From NCBI GenBank assembly GCA_039908085.1, contig JAMOBH010000022.1, forward strand, positions 1-24,000: 24,000 nucleotides of DNA, given 5' to 3'. This DNA is from Magnetococcus sp. YQC-5 (GTDB lineage: Bacteria > Pseudomonadota > Magnetococcia > Magnetococcales > Magnetaquicoccaceae). The translations under genes were made by a program, and so were the position numbers. The stretch's first letter is position 1. Each line of letters starts with the position of its first letter. Shown piece by piece: positions 7,878-15,070 of the stretch. A model generated the notes under the pieces. That model did not search any database and was not told the origin of the DNA. It saw only the letters and a program-made list of their open reading frames with translations.

Positions 7878-8603
7878 ATGGCCAAAAAATGTCCAACCTG
7901 CAAAAAAGGCACACCGCTCTGGTTCATCTCATGGGCGGATATGGCAACGCTGTTGTTGTGCTTTTTCGTGATTTTGTTTTCGATGTCCACGGTCAACGCA
8001 ACCAAGTTTAAACAGTTGCAAGGCACCATGAAAAACGCTTTTGGTCAGAACAGATCGGAGCAAGTCAACCCGGTGGGTGGAGACACCTTGGTGGCGATAG
8101 ATTTTCAGCAGGAAATCAAGCTGGTGCAGTTGATTGAAAAAATCGAGTTGATGGTTGACAATATGGTGGACAATGGCGAGGCTGAGATCAAGGAAACCGA
8201 ATCAGGCATTTTTCTGCGTTTATCCAAAAAAGTGCTGTTCAAGCCAAAGACCTTGGAGATTCATCCAGATAGCAAGTTGAAATTGAGTCAGATCGCAACC
8301 TTGTTGTTGGGGTTGCGCAACGAAATCCAGGTGATCGGTTTGCCGGATGCTTCACCTCCTCCCCCTTTGGCCGGCTTGTTGAATCCATGGGCGGCTGGCA
8401 TGGTGGAAGCTCAGGCCGTGGCCGGTTTTCTGGTTGACGAAGGTGGACTGGATGCCAGACGAGTCAGGGTGGTCTCCTATGGCAAGAAAGTCACTGACAG
8501 ACCTGAACATCAGCATGATAGCAAGACTTTTATTGTTGAGATTGGTGTCATGAAAACAACAGAGGTTAGAGGCAACCAAGATTTTTCTGGCGCGGCTGAG
8601 TAG
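7878..8603 (+). CDS. pomB: Flagellar stator B subunit (MotB/PomB family) with a divergent OmpA-like C-terminal domain
   Basis: The N-terminus is KKCPTCKKGTPLWFISWADMATLLLCFFVILFSMSTVNATKFKQLQGTMKNAFG. It parallels Vibrio PomB (KCDCPPPGLPLWMGTFADLMSLLMCFFVLLLSF...KFKQIAGSMKFAFG, from memory) and includes the plug/TM Asp. The C-terminus has the OmpA-like shape but altered binding motifs. Confidence 0.85.
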   Translation: MAKKCPTCKKGTPLWFISWADMATLLLCFFVILFSMSTVNATKFKQLQGTMKNAFGQNRSEQVNPVGGDTLVAIDFQQEIKLVQLIEKIELMVDNMVDNGEAEIKETESGIFLRLSKKVLFKPKTLEIHPDSKLKLSQIATLLLGLRNEIQVIGLPDASPPPPLAGLLNPWAAGMVEAQAVAGFLVDEGGLDARRVRVVSYGKKVTDRPEHQHDSKTFIVEIGVMKTTEVRGNQDFSGAAE

Positions 8604-8710
8604 ATGAGGGCTTTCGTTTGTGTTGAAGGCTAAGACAAAGTTGTTCCATGTCTTTCTGGTATCCATTTCCAATCAAAATCTGTCATCACGGAACATACTT
8701 GGAGAAGAGC

Positions 8711-9118
8711 ATGGCTGTTAAAGAAAAAGTTCCTCAGGAACGCAAAAATCGACGGATGACCGCATATAATCCATCTGGAAATCCATTGTTGTGGTGTAAA
8801 TATGTTGGTTATTTGTTTCTCGGTATGAGTCTCTATTTTGTGGATCTGGCCAAACCACCAGGCAAGACTTTTTTTCACAGGATCATGGATCCCGGTATTG
8901 AAAAGCAGTGGGATCTCGATGTGATGACCCTCTCTTGGTTTTTTTTGTGGTTGGCTCTCTTGGTGGGCATCGGTGGCTTGATATTGAATGCCTTACGCTT
9001 GCGTCGCAAAAATGATCATTTGAGCGTGGGATTGATCGTGTTGTTGCTTTTGGTTGTATTGGTTATGGCAAGAGTGCCATCCGGAAATTCCATCATGGTC
9101 TTCCTCTCCCATATTTAA
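8711..9118 (+). CDS. Small integral membrane protein (about 3 TM helices), function unknown
   Basis: The ORF runs 8648..9118. I prefer ATG 8711 because GGAG lies 7 nt upstream. Hydrophobic segments are YVGYLFLGMSLYFV, LSWFFLWLALLVGIGGLILNAL and VGLIVLLLLVVLVMA. I recognise no family. Confidence 0.5.
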   Translation: MAVKEKVPQERKNRRMTAYNPSGNPLLWCKYVGYLFLGMSLYFVDLAKPPGKTFFHRIMDPGIEKQWDLDVMTLSWFFLWLALLVGIGGLILNALRLRRKNDHLSVGLIVLLLLVVLVMARVPSGNSIMVFLSHI

Positions 9119-9123
9119 AAATC

Positions 9124-9260
9124 AAAGTCAAAAGCAAAACCCTGTGGGATGAATCCCCCAGACCCCCTCTTTTTTTTAATAATTTGTTATAAAATAAAAA
9201 AATAATAAAAAAAAAAGGGTGGGGGGGTTGGGGGGCGGTTCACCGCCCCCCAAGGTTTTT
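9124..9260 (+). repeat. Palindromic intergenic element, copy 5 (full)
   Basis: The left arm has a hairpin at 9142-9161 with one mismatch (T at 9145). It is followed by ACCCCCTC-T8, a 29-nt A/T core, A10, GGGTGGGGGGGTT and a right hairpin GGGGGGCGGTTCACCGCCCCCC (9230-9251), ending in AAGGTTTT. The copy fills the convergent gap 9119-9269. Confidence 0.95.
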
Positions 9261-9269
9261 TTATGAGGT

Positions 9270-11183
9270 TCAATTCGTGACAAAACGGCCTTGTATCGCG
9301 TGTCCAGAGACGTGAGTTCCACTTGGGAGCAGGTTGTTCAGGCTCGAAGTCCCCACAAATCCCAAATCAATATCACCAAGGCCCAGTTCAAACTGATATG
9401 TGCTGGCCGGTTCAATTAAATAAGGTATATTATTGGCACCATATTTATTGCGAATGAGATCAATTAATTTATTGGCATCAACTTGCAGGGATCCCTGATT
9501 TGAACTGACGACCAGATTGGCATCCTGAGCCACATTGGAGAGCAGGGCATTGAGTATCAAACTGTTGGTTTTGGCTGTGAAAGACAAAATCGCACCAGCC
9601 GGAATGGAGATATCCACGGCGGATGGTATGACGTTGGGGGGGGAGTTTCCAGTCAAGGTGACCTGTACTGGAAGCAGTGTGGCATTGATCATCCTGCCAT
9701 GGGTCACATCGAAAAAATACAAAAACAGTTTGCTTTCGTAGATCTTTTTTTCTTCCAAGGTGCCTGTTCCATCTGCATTGGTATACCCCCGCAGGGCGCA
9801 TGAAATAACCAGATCCTTGTTATCCACGTTAGTGACGGTGTTGCGCAACTGACCGTTGGATTCATAAGAAACGGTTTGAGAACGAAGCGTGCCGATGGTG
9901 ATTTGATTGTTTGCACAAGCCAATCCCTTGATTGTCAAAATTTTGTTGACTTGGTTTTGACATGTCGTGTCGCACAAAGTCCCAAGTGCCGTGTTGATGT
10001 CACTTGGCGTGGAAGGGGGGGAGCCACTGTCACTCGGCTTGGAGGGTGAGAGTTGCGCCAAGGCATTCATGGCTGCGACCGGGTCAATGACACCGGATGT
10101 CTGAACGATTTTTTGGGCGTTGGAGATGGAGGCATCCGTAACCGCAGCGTGGATCCTGTTTTTGAAATCAGGCTTGTAATCTCCATGGAGTGGGTCCAGC
10201 AGCAGGGCCAAATCTTTTTTGGCCTGGATGGTGTTCTCCAGTATCGTCAACAAGTCTGCATTGGTTTGGGTCACGGTTTTGATCGCAATGGGCACCAATG
10301 CCAGCATCTGCTTTTTGACGTCAGGCGTTGTCACGGTTGGCGATAATGCGTTGGTTGCAAGATTCATGATATTGGTCATCGATGTGGCAGAAACAGCATT
10401 CTCAAGCAGCGATGCGCCATGCGTGACCATGGCAGCAGCAAGGGAACCCATAAAAGCAGTGGCCTGTTCCGTATCCAACTTTTTGGCTGTGATGCTGGTA
10501 TACATCCGAACCAATGCCAGATACGTTTGAGATACAACAGTATTGAGTTTGGCCACTTGAGCCACCATGACTTGATCGGCTCCATCTGTTTTGCCAAACG
10601 GATGGATTCTGCTCACATCTGTCAGTTTTTTCGATCTGTCGCCAAACAGTATCTGCATCAATTCGGACTGTTGATTGGCAGGGGTCAAGGCGATAATGGT
10701 GGTCAACGGGCTGATATGGGATGGAAATGCCTCTGTCGGAGCCGGTCCCAACAAGGTCATTTGCGGGTCTTGGCCGGTCAAGGTGTCCAAGGTCGAACCG
10801 GTATTGCTCGAAGAGGCTTCGATTTGATCGCATTGGAGTGCTGCGTCGTAAGCGAATTGACCTTCAGCAGAGGTGATTGACTGGTTGTTCTTGATGTTGA
10901 CAATATTGACTTTTTTGTTGCCAGTAATGCATTGAATAAAAGCCCCTGCGATCCAGCCATCGACTACACTGCCATTCAACTGGCCAGGTACGGATGGAGG
11001 ATTGGATGAAGTGCTATTATTGTTTGCAACAGCCAAAGTGTCTGTGCTGGGAGCGGAAGTGGCCTTGTGACTGCTGCTGCCTCCACCGCATGCCACAGTG
11101 CCAAATACTAAAGCCACCGCACTGGTCATCGCCAACAGGGGGGATCCCTGGGAGAGGTTGGAGAGACGGCACAATTTTCGCAT
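9270..11183 (-). CDS. Large secreted protein / probable lipoprotein, function unknown
   Basis: The ORF runs 9270..11201 with a TTG start. I prefer ATG 11183, which has GGAG upstream. The signal peptide is MRKLCRLSNLSQGSPLLAMTSAVALVFGTVAC followed by GGGSSS. The protein is Ser/Thr/Asn-rich, and I recognise no conserved catalytic motifs. Confidence 0.7.
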   Translation of the reverse strand: MRKLCRLSNLSQGSPLLAMTSAVALVFGTVACGGGSSSHKATSAPSTDTLAVANNNSTSSNPPSVPGQLNGSVVDGWIAGAFIQCITGNKKVNIVNIKNNQSITSAEGQFAYDAALQCDQIEASSSNTGSTLDTLTGQDPQMTLLGPAPTEAFPSHISPLTTIIALTPANQQSELMQILFGDRSKKLTDVSRIHPFGKTDGADQVMVAQVAKLNTVVSQTYLALVRMYTSITAKKLDTEQATAFMGSLAAAMVTHGASLLENAVSATSMTNIMNLATNALSPTVTTPDVKKQMLALVPIAIKTVTQTNADLLTILENTIQAKKDLALLLDPLHGDYKPDFKNRIHAAVTDASISNAQKIVQTSGVIDPVAAMNALAQLSPSKPSDSGSPPSTPSDINTALGTLCDTTCQNQVNKILTIKGLACANNQITIGTLRSQTVSYESNGQLRNTVTNVDNKDLVISCALRGYTNADGTGTLEEKKIYESKLFLYFFDVTHGRMINATLLPVQVTLTGNSPPNVIPSAVDISIPAGAILSFTAKTNSLILNALLSNVAQDANLVVSSNQGSLQVDANKLIDLIRNKYGANNIPYLIEPASTYQFELGLGDIDLGFVGTSSLNNLLPSGTHVSGHAIQGRFVTN

Positions 11184-11437
11184 TTTTTCAGCACTCCACA
11201 AACAAGAATAACATCAATCCGCCAGAGGTCGCATGTATGGCATACCTGCATATTAAGCCATTTGACGGACTCTGTCCATCATTCATACCTGTCTGAGTTG
11301 GGGCTTAAGCTTTCATTATGGCGTATATTTTGCATGCCGTATAATGATATCCGCATCAACTCAGCAAATATTCGACTGCACGTATCTATCATCATACAAA
11401 AAAACGAGGGAGGAGCCCTTGGGGGCAGGTAAACATC

Positions 11438-11647
11438 ATGACAACTCTGGAACAGTTGAACGCATTAAGGGAAGAAAAAAAAGCAATCAAGGCCCAATTG
11501 GATCAAACCAAAAAGGCCATCAAACATTCGAGAAAATCGCTCAAATGTGAAAAAAAAGTCTCGCGCGCTGAAGAGAAACTGGCCCAAAAAAAGCAAAAAC
11601 TGGCCAAAAAAATGAGCGACCAAGGCAGCATTGAACCAGCAGAATAA
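11438..11647 (+). CDS. Small Lys-rich coiled-coil-like protein (69 aa), hypothetical
   Basis: This is an ATG ORF with purine-rich sequence upstream (GGGAGGAG...GGCAGG). The composition is highly charged and heptad-like (EEKKAIKAQLDQTKKAIK...). Its stop abuts the left arm of element copy 6. The A-rich DNA could give this ORF by chance. Confidence 0.4.
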   Translation: MTTLEQLNALREEKKAIKAQLDQTKKAIKHSRKSLKCEKKVSRAEEKLAQKKQKLAKKMSDQGSIEPAE

Positions 11648-11800
11648 AAGCAAAATATTTTTCTGGCAAAGAGAAAAGTCAAAAGCAAAACCCCGGGGGA
11701 TGAATCCCCCAGACCCCCTCTTTTTTTTTAATAATTTAAAAAAAATTAAAAAAAAAGGGTGGGGGGGTTGGGGGGCGGTTCACCGCCCCCCAAGGTTTTG
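11648..11800 (+). repeat. Palindromic intergenic element, copy 6 (full)
   Basis: The left extension is AAGCAAAA...GGCAAAGAGAAAAGTCAAAAGCAAAACC. The left hairpin core lies at 11695-11710, followed by ACCCCCTC-T9, the core AATAATTTAAAAAAAATT and A9. Then come GGGTGGGGGGGTT, the right hairpin (11770-11791) and AAGGTTTTG. The copy fills the convergent gap 11648-11802. Confidence 0.95.
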
Positions 11801-11802
11801 GA

Positions 11803-12768
11803 CTACGGAATGTCCAGGCCTGCCTTGCGTAACAACTCGATCAAAAGGGTGGTTGAGTGTTCGAGTTGTTCGATGCCATTTTTGAACTCTTTTTTCAAGG
11901 CGTTTTCTTCAGCCTTGCCCCGCAAGTCACGTGCCTCGGCGATTTGAGTGGAACTCTCATTGCCAATCCCCTGGGAGTTCAATCCCTGTTCCAATAACAT
12001 TTGAAAGACATTGTTGCGACCCAATTCATAGATATATTCGGCTTCCGGGGTGGCAAAGTTCAAGGTCTGATAGAGCGTTTCTCCCTTGCGCAATTGAATC
12101 AGCGCGTCCTGGACCTTGTTGTAAGCCCGATCCAACAAAGATACCCCCTCATTGATCTGGAATTTGTTGAGGAACTGTTGGGATTGATTGAGCATGGCGC
12201 GGATTTCACTGCTGGTTTGCTTGCCCGGTTCGCCCAATTTCTTTTCTTCGGCGATGCGATCATAGGCTTCAAGCATGGACCAGGCACTTTTCATGCGGGT
12301 CTGGTAATCGTGGGTGTGACCCTGGCCAATGGACCCTGATCCGGGTGGTCTGGATTGCAGAGGGGCGCGATTGAAAGAGAACGGGGATTGGACCTCTGGC
12401 ATGCGAGGCGTTCCGAGTCCGGGAAAAGCTTGGACATGACCTGCGCCATTATCCAGTTTGGCCTTGATTTCTTTGATTTCGCCGTTGCGTTGTACAGAAA
12501 GGGTTACCTCGGAACCAGGATTGAGGCGATAGATTTCCATGGAAAATTGGCTAACATTGAACAATTCATGATCATTCAAGCGCAGGATGATATCCCCGCG
12601 CAGCAAACCGGATTTGTCTGCTGGGCTGTCTTTGATGATATCGCCTACCTGAACACCTCGTGGTTGTTCCGGATGAACGCCCAACCAACCACCAGCAGCA
12701 TGCGTTGGTTGGATGGAGCCAAGCATGATCGCAGAGGCAAGAGCCAGCAGGGTTATGGATTTTTTCAT
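11803..12768 (-). CDS. Periplasmic PDZ-domain protein with a helical C-terminal region
   Basis: The signal peptide is MKKSITLLALASAIMLGSIQPTHA. The PDZ signature is GVQVGDIIKDSPADKSGLLRGDIILRLNDHELFNVSQF...GSEVTLSVQRNGE. AGGA lies 10 nt upstream of the ATG. Confidence 0.8.
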   Translation of the reverse strand: MKKSITLLALASAIMLGSIQPTHAAGGWLGVHPEQPRGVQVGDIIKDSPADKSGLLRGDIILRLNDHELFNVSQFSMEIYRLNPGSEVTLSVQRNGEIKEIKAKLDNGAGHVQAFPGLGTPRMPEVQSPFSFNRAPLQSRPPGSGSIGQGHTHDYQTRMKSAWSMLEAYDRIAEEKKLGEPGKQTSSEIRAMLNQSQQFLNKFQINEGVSLLDRAYNKVQDALIQLRKGETLYQTLNFATPEAEYIYELGRNNVFQMLLEQGLNSQGIGNESSTQIAEARDLRGKAEENALKKEFKNGIEQLEHSTTLLIELLRKAGLDIP

Positions 12769-13104
12769 GGATTGTATTCCTGTATGGTGATGGTGTTGAT
12801 GAAATTGTTTTTTTGGTCTACGGCCTTCTTTTTGCAGCAGGACAATTCATGCAGACGATGACCCCTGGTCCGAACAGTGAACAAGAAGCAAAGGCGATGG
12901 GATCATTTTTCATCATCAGGGGCAACTAATGCAAGCCATGGCTGTCAACTGGAAGGCAAAAAATGCAACAGATGCATGTGACACAGCAAGCCAGGGAGGC
13001 TTGTCAGTGCCAGTATTGGTGGCCAATCCCATGGTCAACTTGACAGGATAAGAAACCATGCAGATTGAGAGAAATAAGGGTTGGATCTGTCATGGTAAAA
13101 AATA

Positions 13105-13617
13105 TTATTGTAGATCAAGAAGTTTTTTTGGGTCGATCTCTTTCCCCATGCTTAATATTTGATGCAGGTGTTCGATTTCATTGGCTGCTTGATTGCTTAT
13201 ATTTAATCCTGGCAAATCAATAATCTTTGTGAACATTTGTACATTGAGATCATGTTCTGCCTGAATTTCAAGCTTGAGAATGGGCGAGACATGATCGGTC
13301 GTGTTTTTTTTGATGCGACAACATAAACGGGATGATAGCGACGATGCATGTTCGCCTTTATAATCAAAACCCGTATCTATGCTGGAAGGGCTGTCAACCA
13401 GGCTTGGAATTTTTTCTCCTTGGCTGATAGGGCCTCCTCCCAAAAACAAATCATCAAGCATTGATTCAAGTGTTTCAAAATCCGCTTTGACGGTTTTTTT
13501 GAACTCAACCACAGGAGTTTCTGTCGGACTCTCTGAAAGAAACTCAAATGTAATGCTGAACAGTCCACCTTGACTCCCTTTTACGCAAAAGTAATATGAA
13601 AAATCGTTCAGATTCAT
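13105..13617 (-). CDS. Hypothetical acidic cytoplasmic protein (170 aa), low-GC ORFan
   Basis: This is an ATG ORF with AGGA 9 nt upstream. It has no TM segment or signal peptide and no motif I recognise. Hand counts of four 60-nt lines inside it give 32-43% GC, against about 55% in a line of the adjacent symporter gene. Confidence 0.55.
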   Translation of the reverse strand: MNLNDFSYYFCVKGSQGGLFSITFEFLSESPTETPVVEFKKTVKADFETLESMLDDLFLGGGPISQGEKIPSLVDSPSSIDTGFDYKGEHASSLSSRLCCRIKKNTTDHVSPILKLEIQAEHDLNVQMFTKIIDLPGLNISNQAANEIEHLHQILSMGKEIDPKKLLDLQ

Positions 13618-13693
13618 GATTTTTATCCTTGTTTGTGAGGGGTGTCACTCAAAACCCTGAGCGATTTACTGTTTTTCAAGGTCTTGGTGTTGA

Positions 13694-15040
13694 TTATTCT
13701 AAAGTTTTAAGTTTCAAGTCCCGCGATGTAACCTGAAGGTCTTTCCGCAGGGTGGGAAGGTGTTGCAAGACTATGTAGGTCATTGAAGCCATATGCAATA
13801 TAACGATCAATCCAATGAGGATATCCCCGGAGGACCAAACCAGGGCTACAGGGAAAAAAGGGCCGACGAAAGTGACCGCAGTGAAAAACCAACGAAAAGC
13901 CAACAGGTTGCGGCCTCCCAGATATTCGAAACACCGTTCGGAATAATAGGACCATCCGATGATGGTGGTAAAGGCGAAAATCACCAGTGCCATGGAAACC
14001 GCCACTTTTCCGAACAGCCCCAGAGTCTCCTGAAACGCAGAGACCGTCAACTGGGCACCGGTCAGGTCGAGCCAATCCCCGACTGAAATCACGACCAATC
14101 CTGTGATGGTGCAGACCAACAGGGTATCCACCATGGGAACCAAAGCTGCCATGAATGCCCCGCGCGACGGGTGATCGGTATTGGCTCCCTGGAGAAACGG
14201 TGCCACTCCCATTCCAGAGTTGTGGGAAAATACCCCACGGGAAATTCCAAATTGCATGGCAGTCAAAACTGCATATCCGGCCACCCCTCCACCCAGGGAA
14301 TAGGGCGTGAAGGCATATTTGAACACCGCACCCAAGGCATCCAAGGTTCGCAAGGGATCCGCAAGCAGCACCATCCCCCCCAACAGCATATATCCCATGA
14401 CCATCCAGGGCGCGAGAGCTGTGCTGATGATCACGATTCGCTTCAAGCCCCCCAGAACCACGCCGCCTACTGTCCCAGCCATCACCACAGCCACCATCCA
14501 GGCGGGAATGTCAAAAGTTGTGGTCATGGCATGGGCCACGGAATTGACCTGAATCAGATTGGCTGTCAACAACCCTTTGATCAGCAACAAGGTCGCCAAT
14601 GCCGTGGCAACAAAACGCCATGCAGGCGGCAAAAACCTCTCCAGATAGGACATGGGGGTGGCAAAGAGTAAAGATTCAGGATCCTTCGGGCCAAATTTGA
14701 TGGAAAGATAGGTGGAACACATCCGAAAAGAAACACCCAACACTGCGGATATCCACATCCAGAACAAAGCACCTGGTCCGCCCAGGTGTATGGCTGTTCC
14801 CACCCCAGCCAGATTGCCTACCCCAACCGCAGCCGCAATGGCGGTAAACAACGCTTGAGTGTGGGGAATGTCCCGTTCCTGATTGAACCCATCCTCTTTT
14901 TTTTGTCGCCAGATCCCCCAGAAAACACCAAACGAACGTTTCCATGCCACCGCGCCAGTTAACAATAAAAATAAAATCCCCAGTTCCAGATAAATAAGAC
15001 TTAACAGGGGATTCCAAATCCACGACGCCAAAGTTGCCAT
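13694..15040 (-). CDS. agcS: Alanine/glycine:cation symporter (AGCS) family transporter
   Basis: The family-typical N-terminal region is ALFTAIAAAVGVGNLAGVGTAIHLGGPGALFWMWISAVLG, and the protein has about 11 TM helices. The start is placed at ATG 15040 (MATLASWIWNPLL...). The longer TTG start at 15085 would lie inside repeat copy 7. Confidence 0.9.
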   Translation of the reverse strand: MATLASWIWNPLLSLIYLELGILFLLLTGAVAWKRSFGVFWGIWRQKKEDGFNQERDIPHTQALFTAIAAAVGVGNLAGVGTAIHLGGPGALFWMWISAVLGVSFRMCSTYLSIKFGPKDPESLLFATPMSYLERFLPPAWRFVATALATLLLIKGLLTANLIQVNSVAHAMTTTFDIPAWMVAVVMAGTVGGVVLGGLKRIVIISTALAPWMVMGYMLLGGMVLLADPLRTLDALGAVFKYAFTPYSLGGGVAGYAVLTAMQFGISRGVFSHNSGMGVAPFLQGANTDHPSRGAFMAALVPMVDTLLVCTITGLVVISVGDWLDLTGAQLTVSAFQETLGLFGKVAVSMALVIFAFTTIIGWSYYSERCFEYLGGRNLLAFRWFFTAVTFVGPFFPVALVWSSGDILIGLIVILHMASMTYIVLQHLPTLRKDLQVTSRDLKLKTLE

Positions 15041-15070
15041 ATCCAACCTCAAGTTGATGTCTTTTACTCT

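Noticed and set aside
7059-9118. The possibility that the MotA/MotB-like pair is a Zorya-type (ZorAB) defence system.
   Set aside because: The MotA homologue is 251 aa with no long ZorA C-terminal tail. Both proteins align closely to flagellar PomA and PomB, and no ZorC, ZorD or ZorE-like genes follow.
11340-11345. A TATAAT hexamer in the divergent region between the lipoprotein gene and the Lys-rich ORF.
   Set aside because: No acceptable -35 hexamer lies at 16-18 nt spacing (the nearby TTGCAT is only 4 nt away). The region is AT-rich, so a chance match is likely.
11631-11947. ORFs 11631..11885 and 11759..11947 on the + strand.
   Set aside because: They read through element copy 6 and then run antisense into the PDZ gene, so they are repeat-derived artefacts.
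12929-13051. A 40-codon + strand ORF (MQAMAVNWKAKNATDACD...PMVNLTG) with AGGGG 6 nt upstream. It contains an imperfect ~20-nt direct repeat: CCATGGCTGTCAACTGGAAGG (12936-12956) and CCATGGTCAACTTGACAGG (13029-13047).
   Set aside because: It is too short, and there is no supporting evidence beyond a weak SD. The direct repeat could equally be an operator in the PDZ-gene upstream region. I record it here but cannot support it as a feature.
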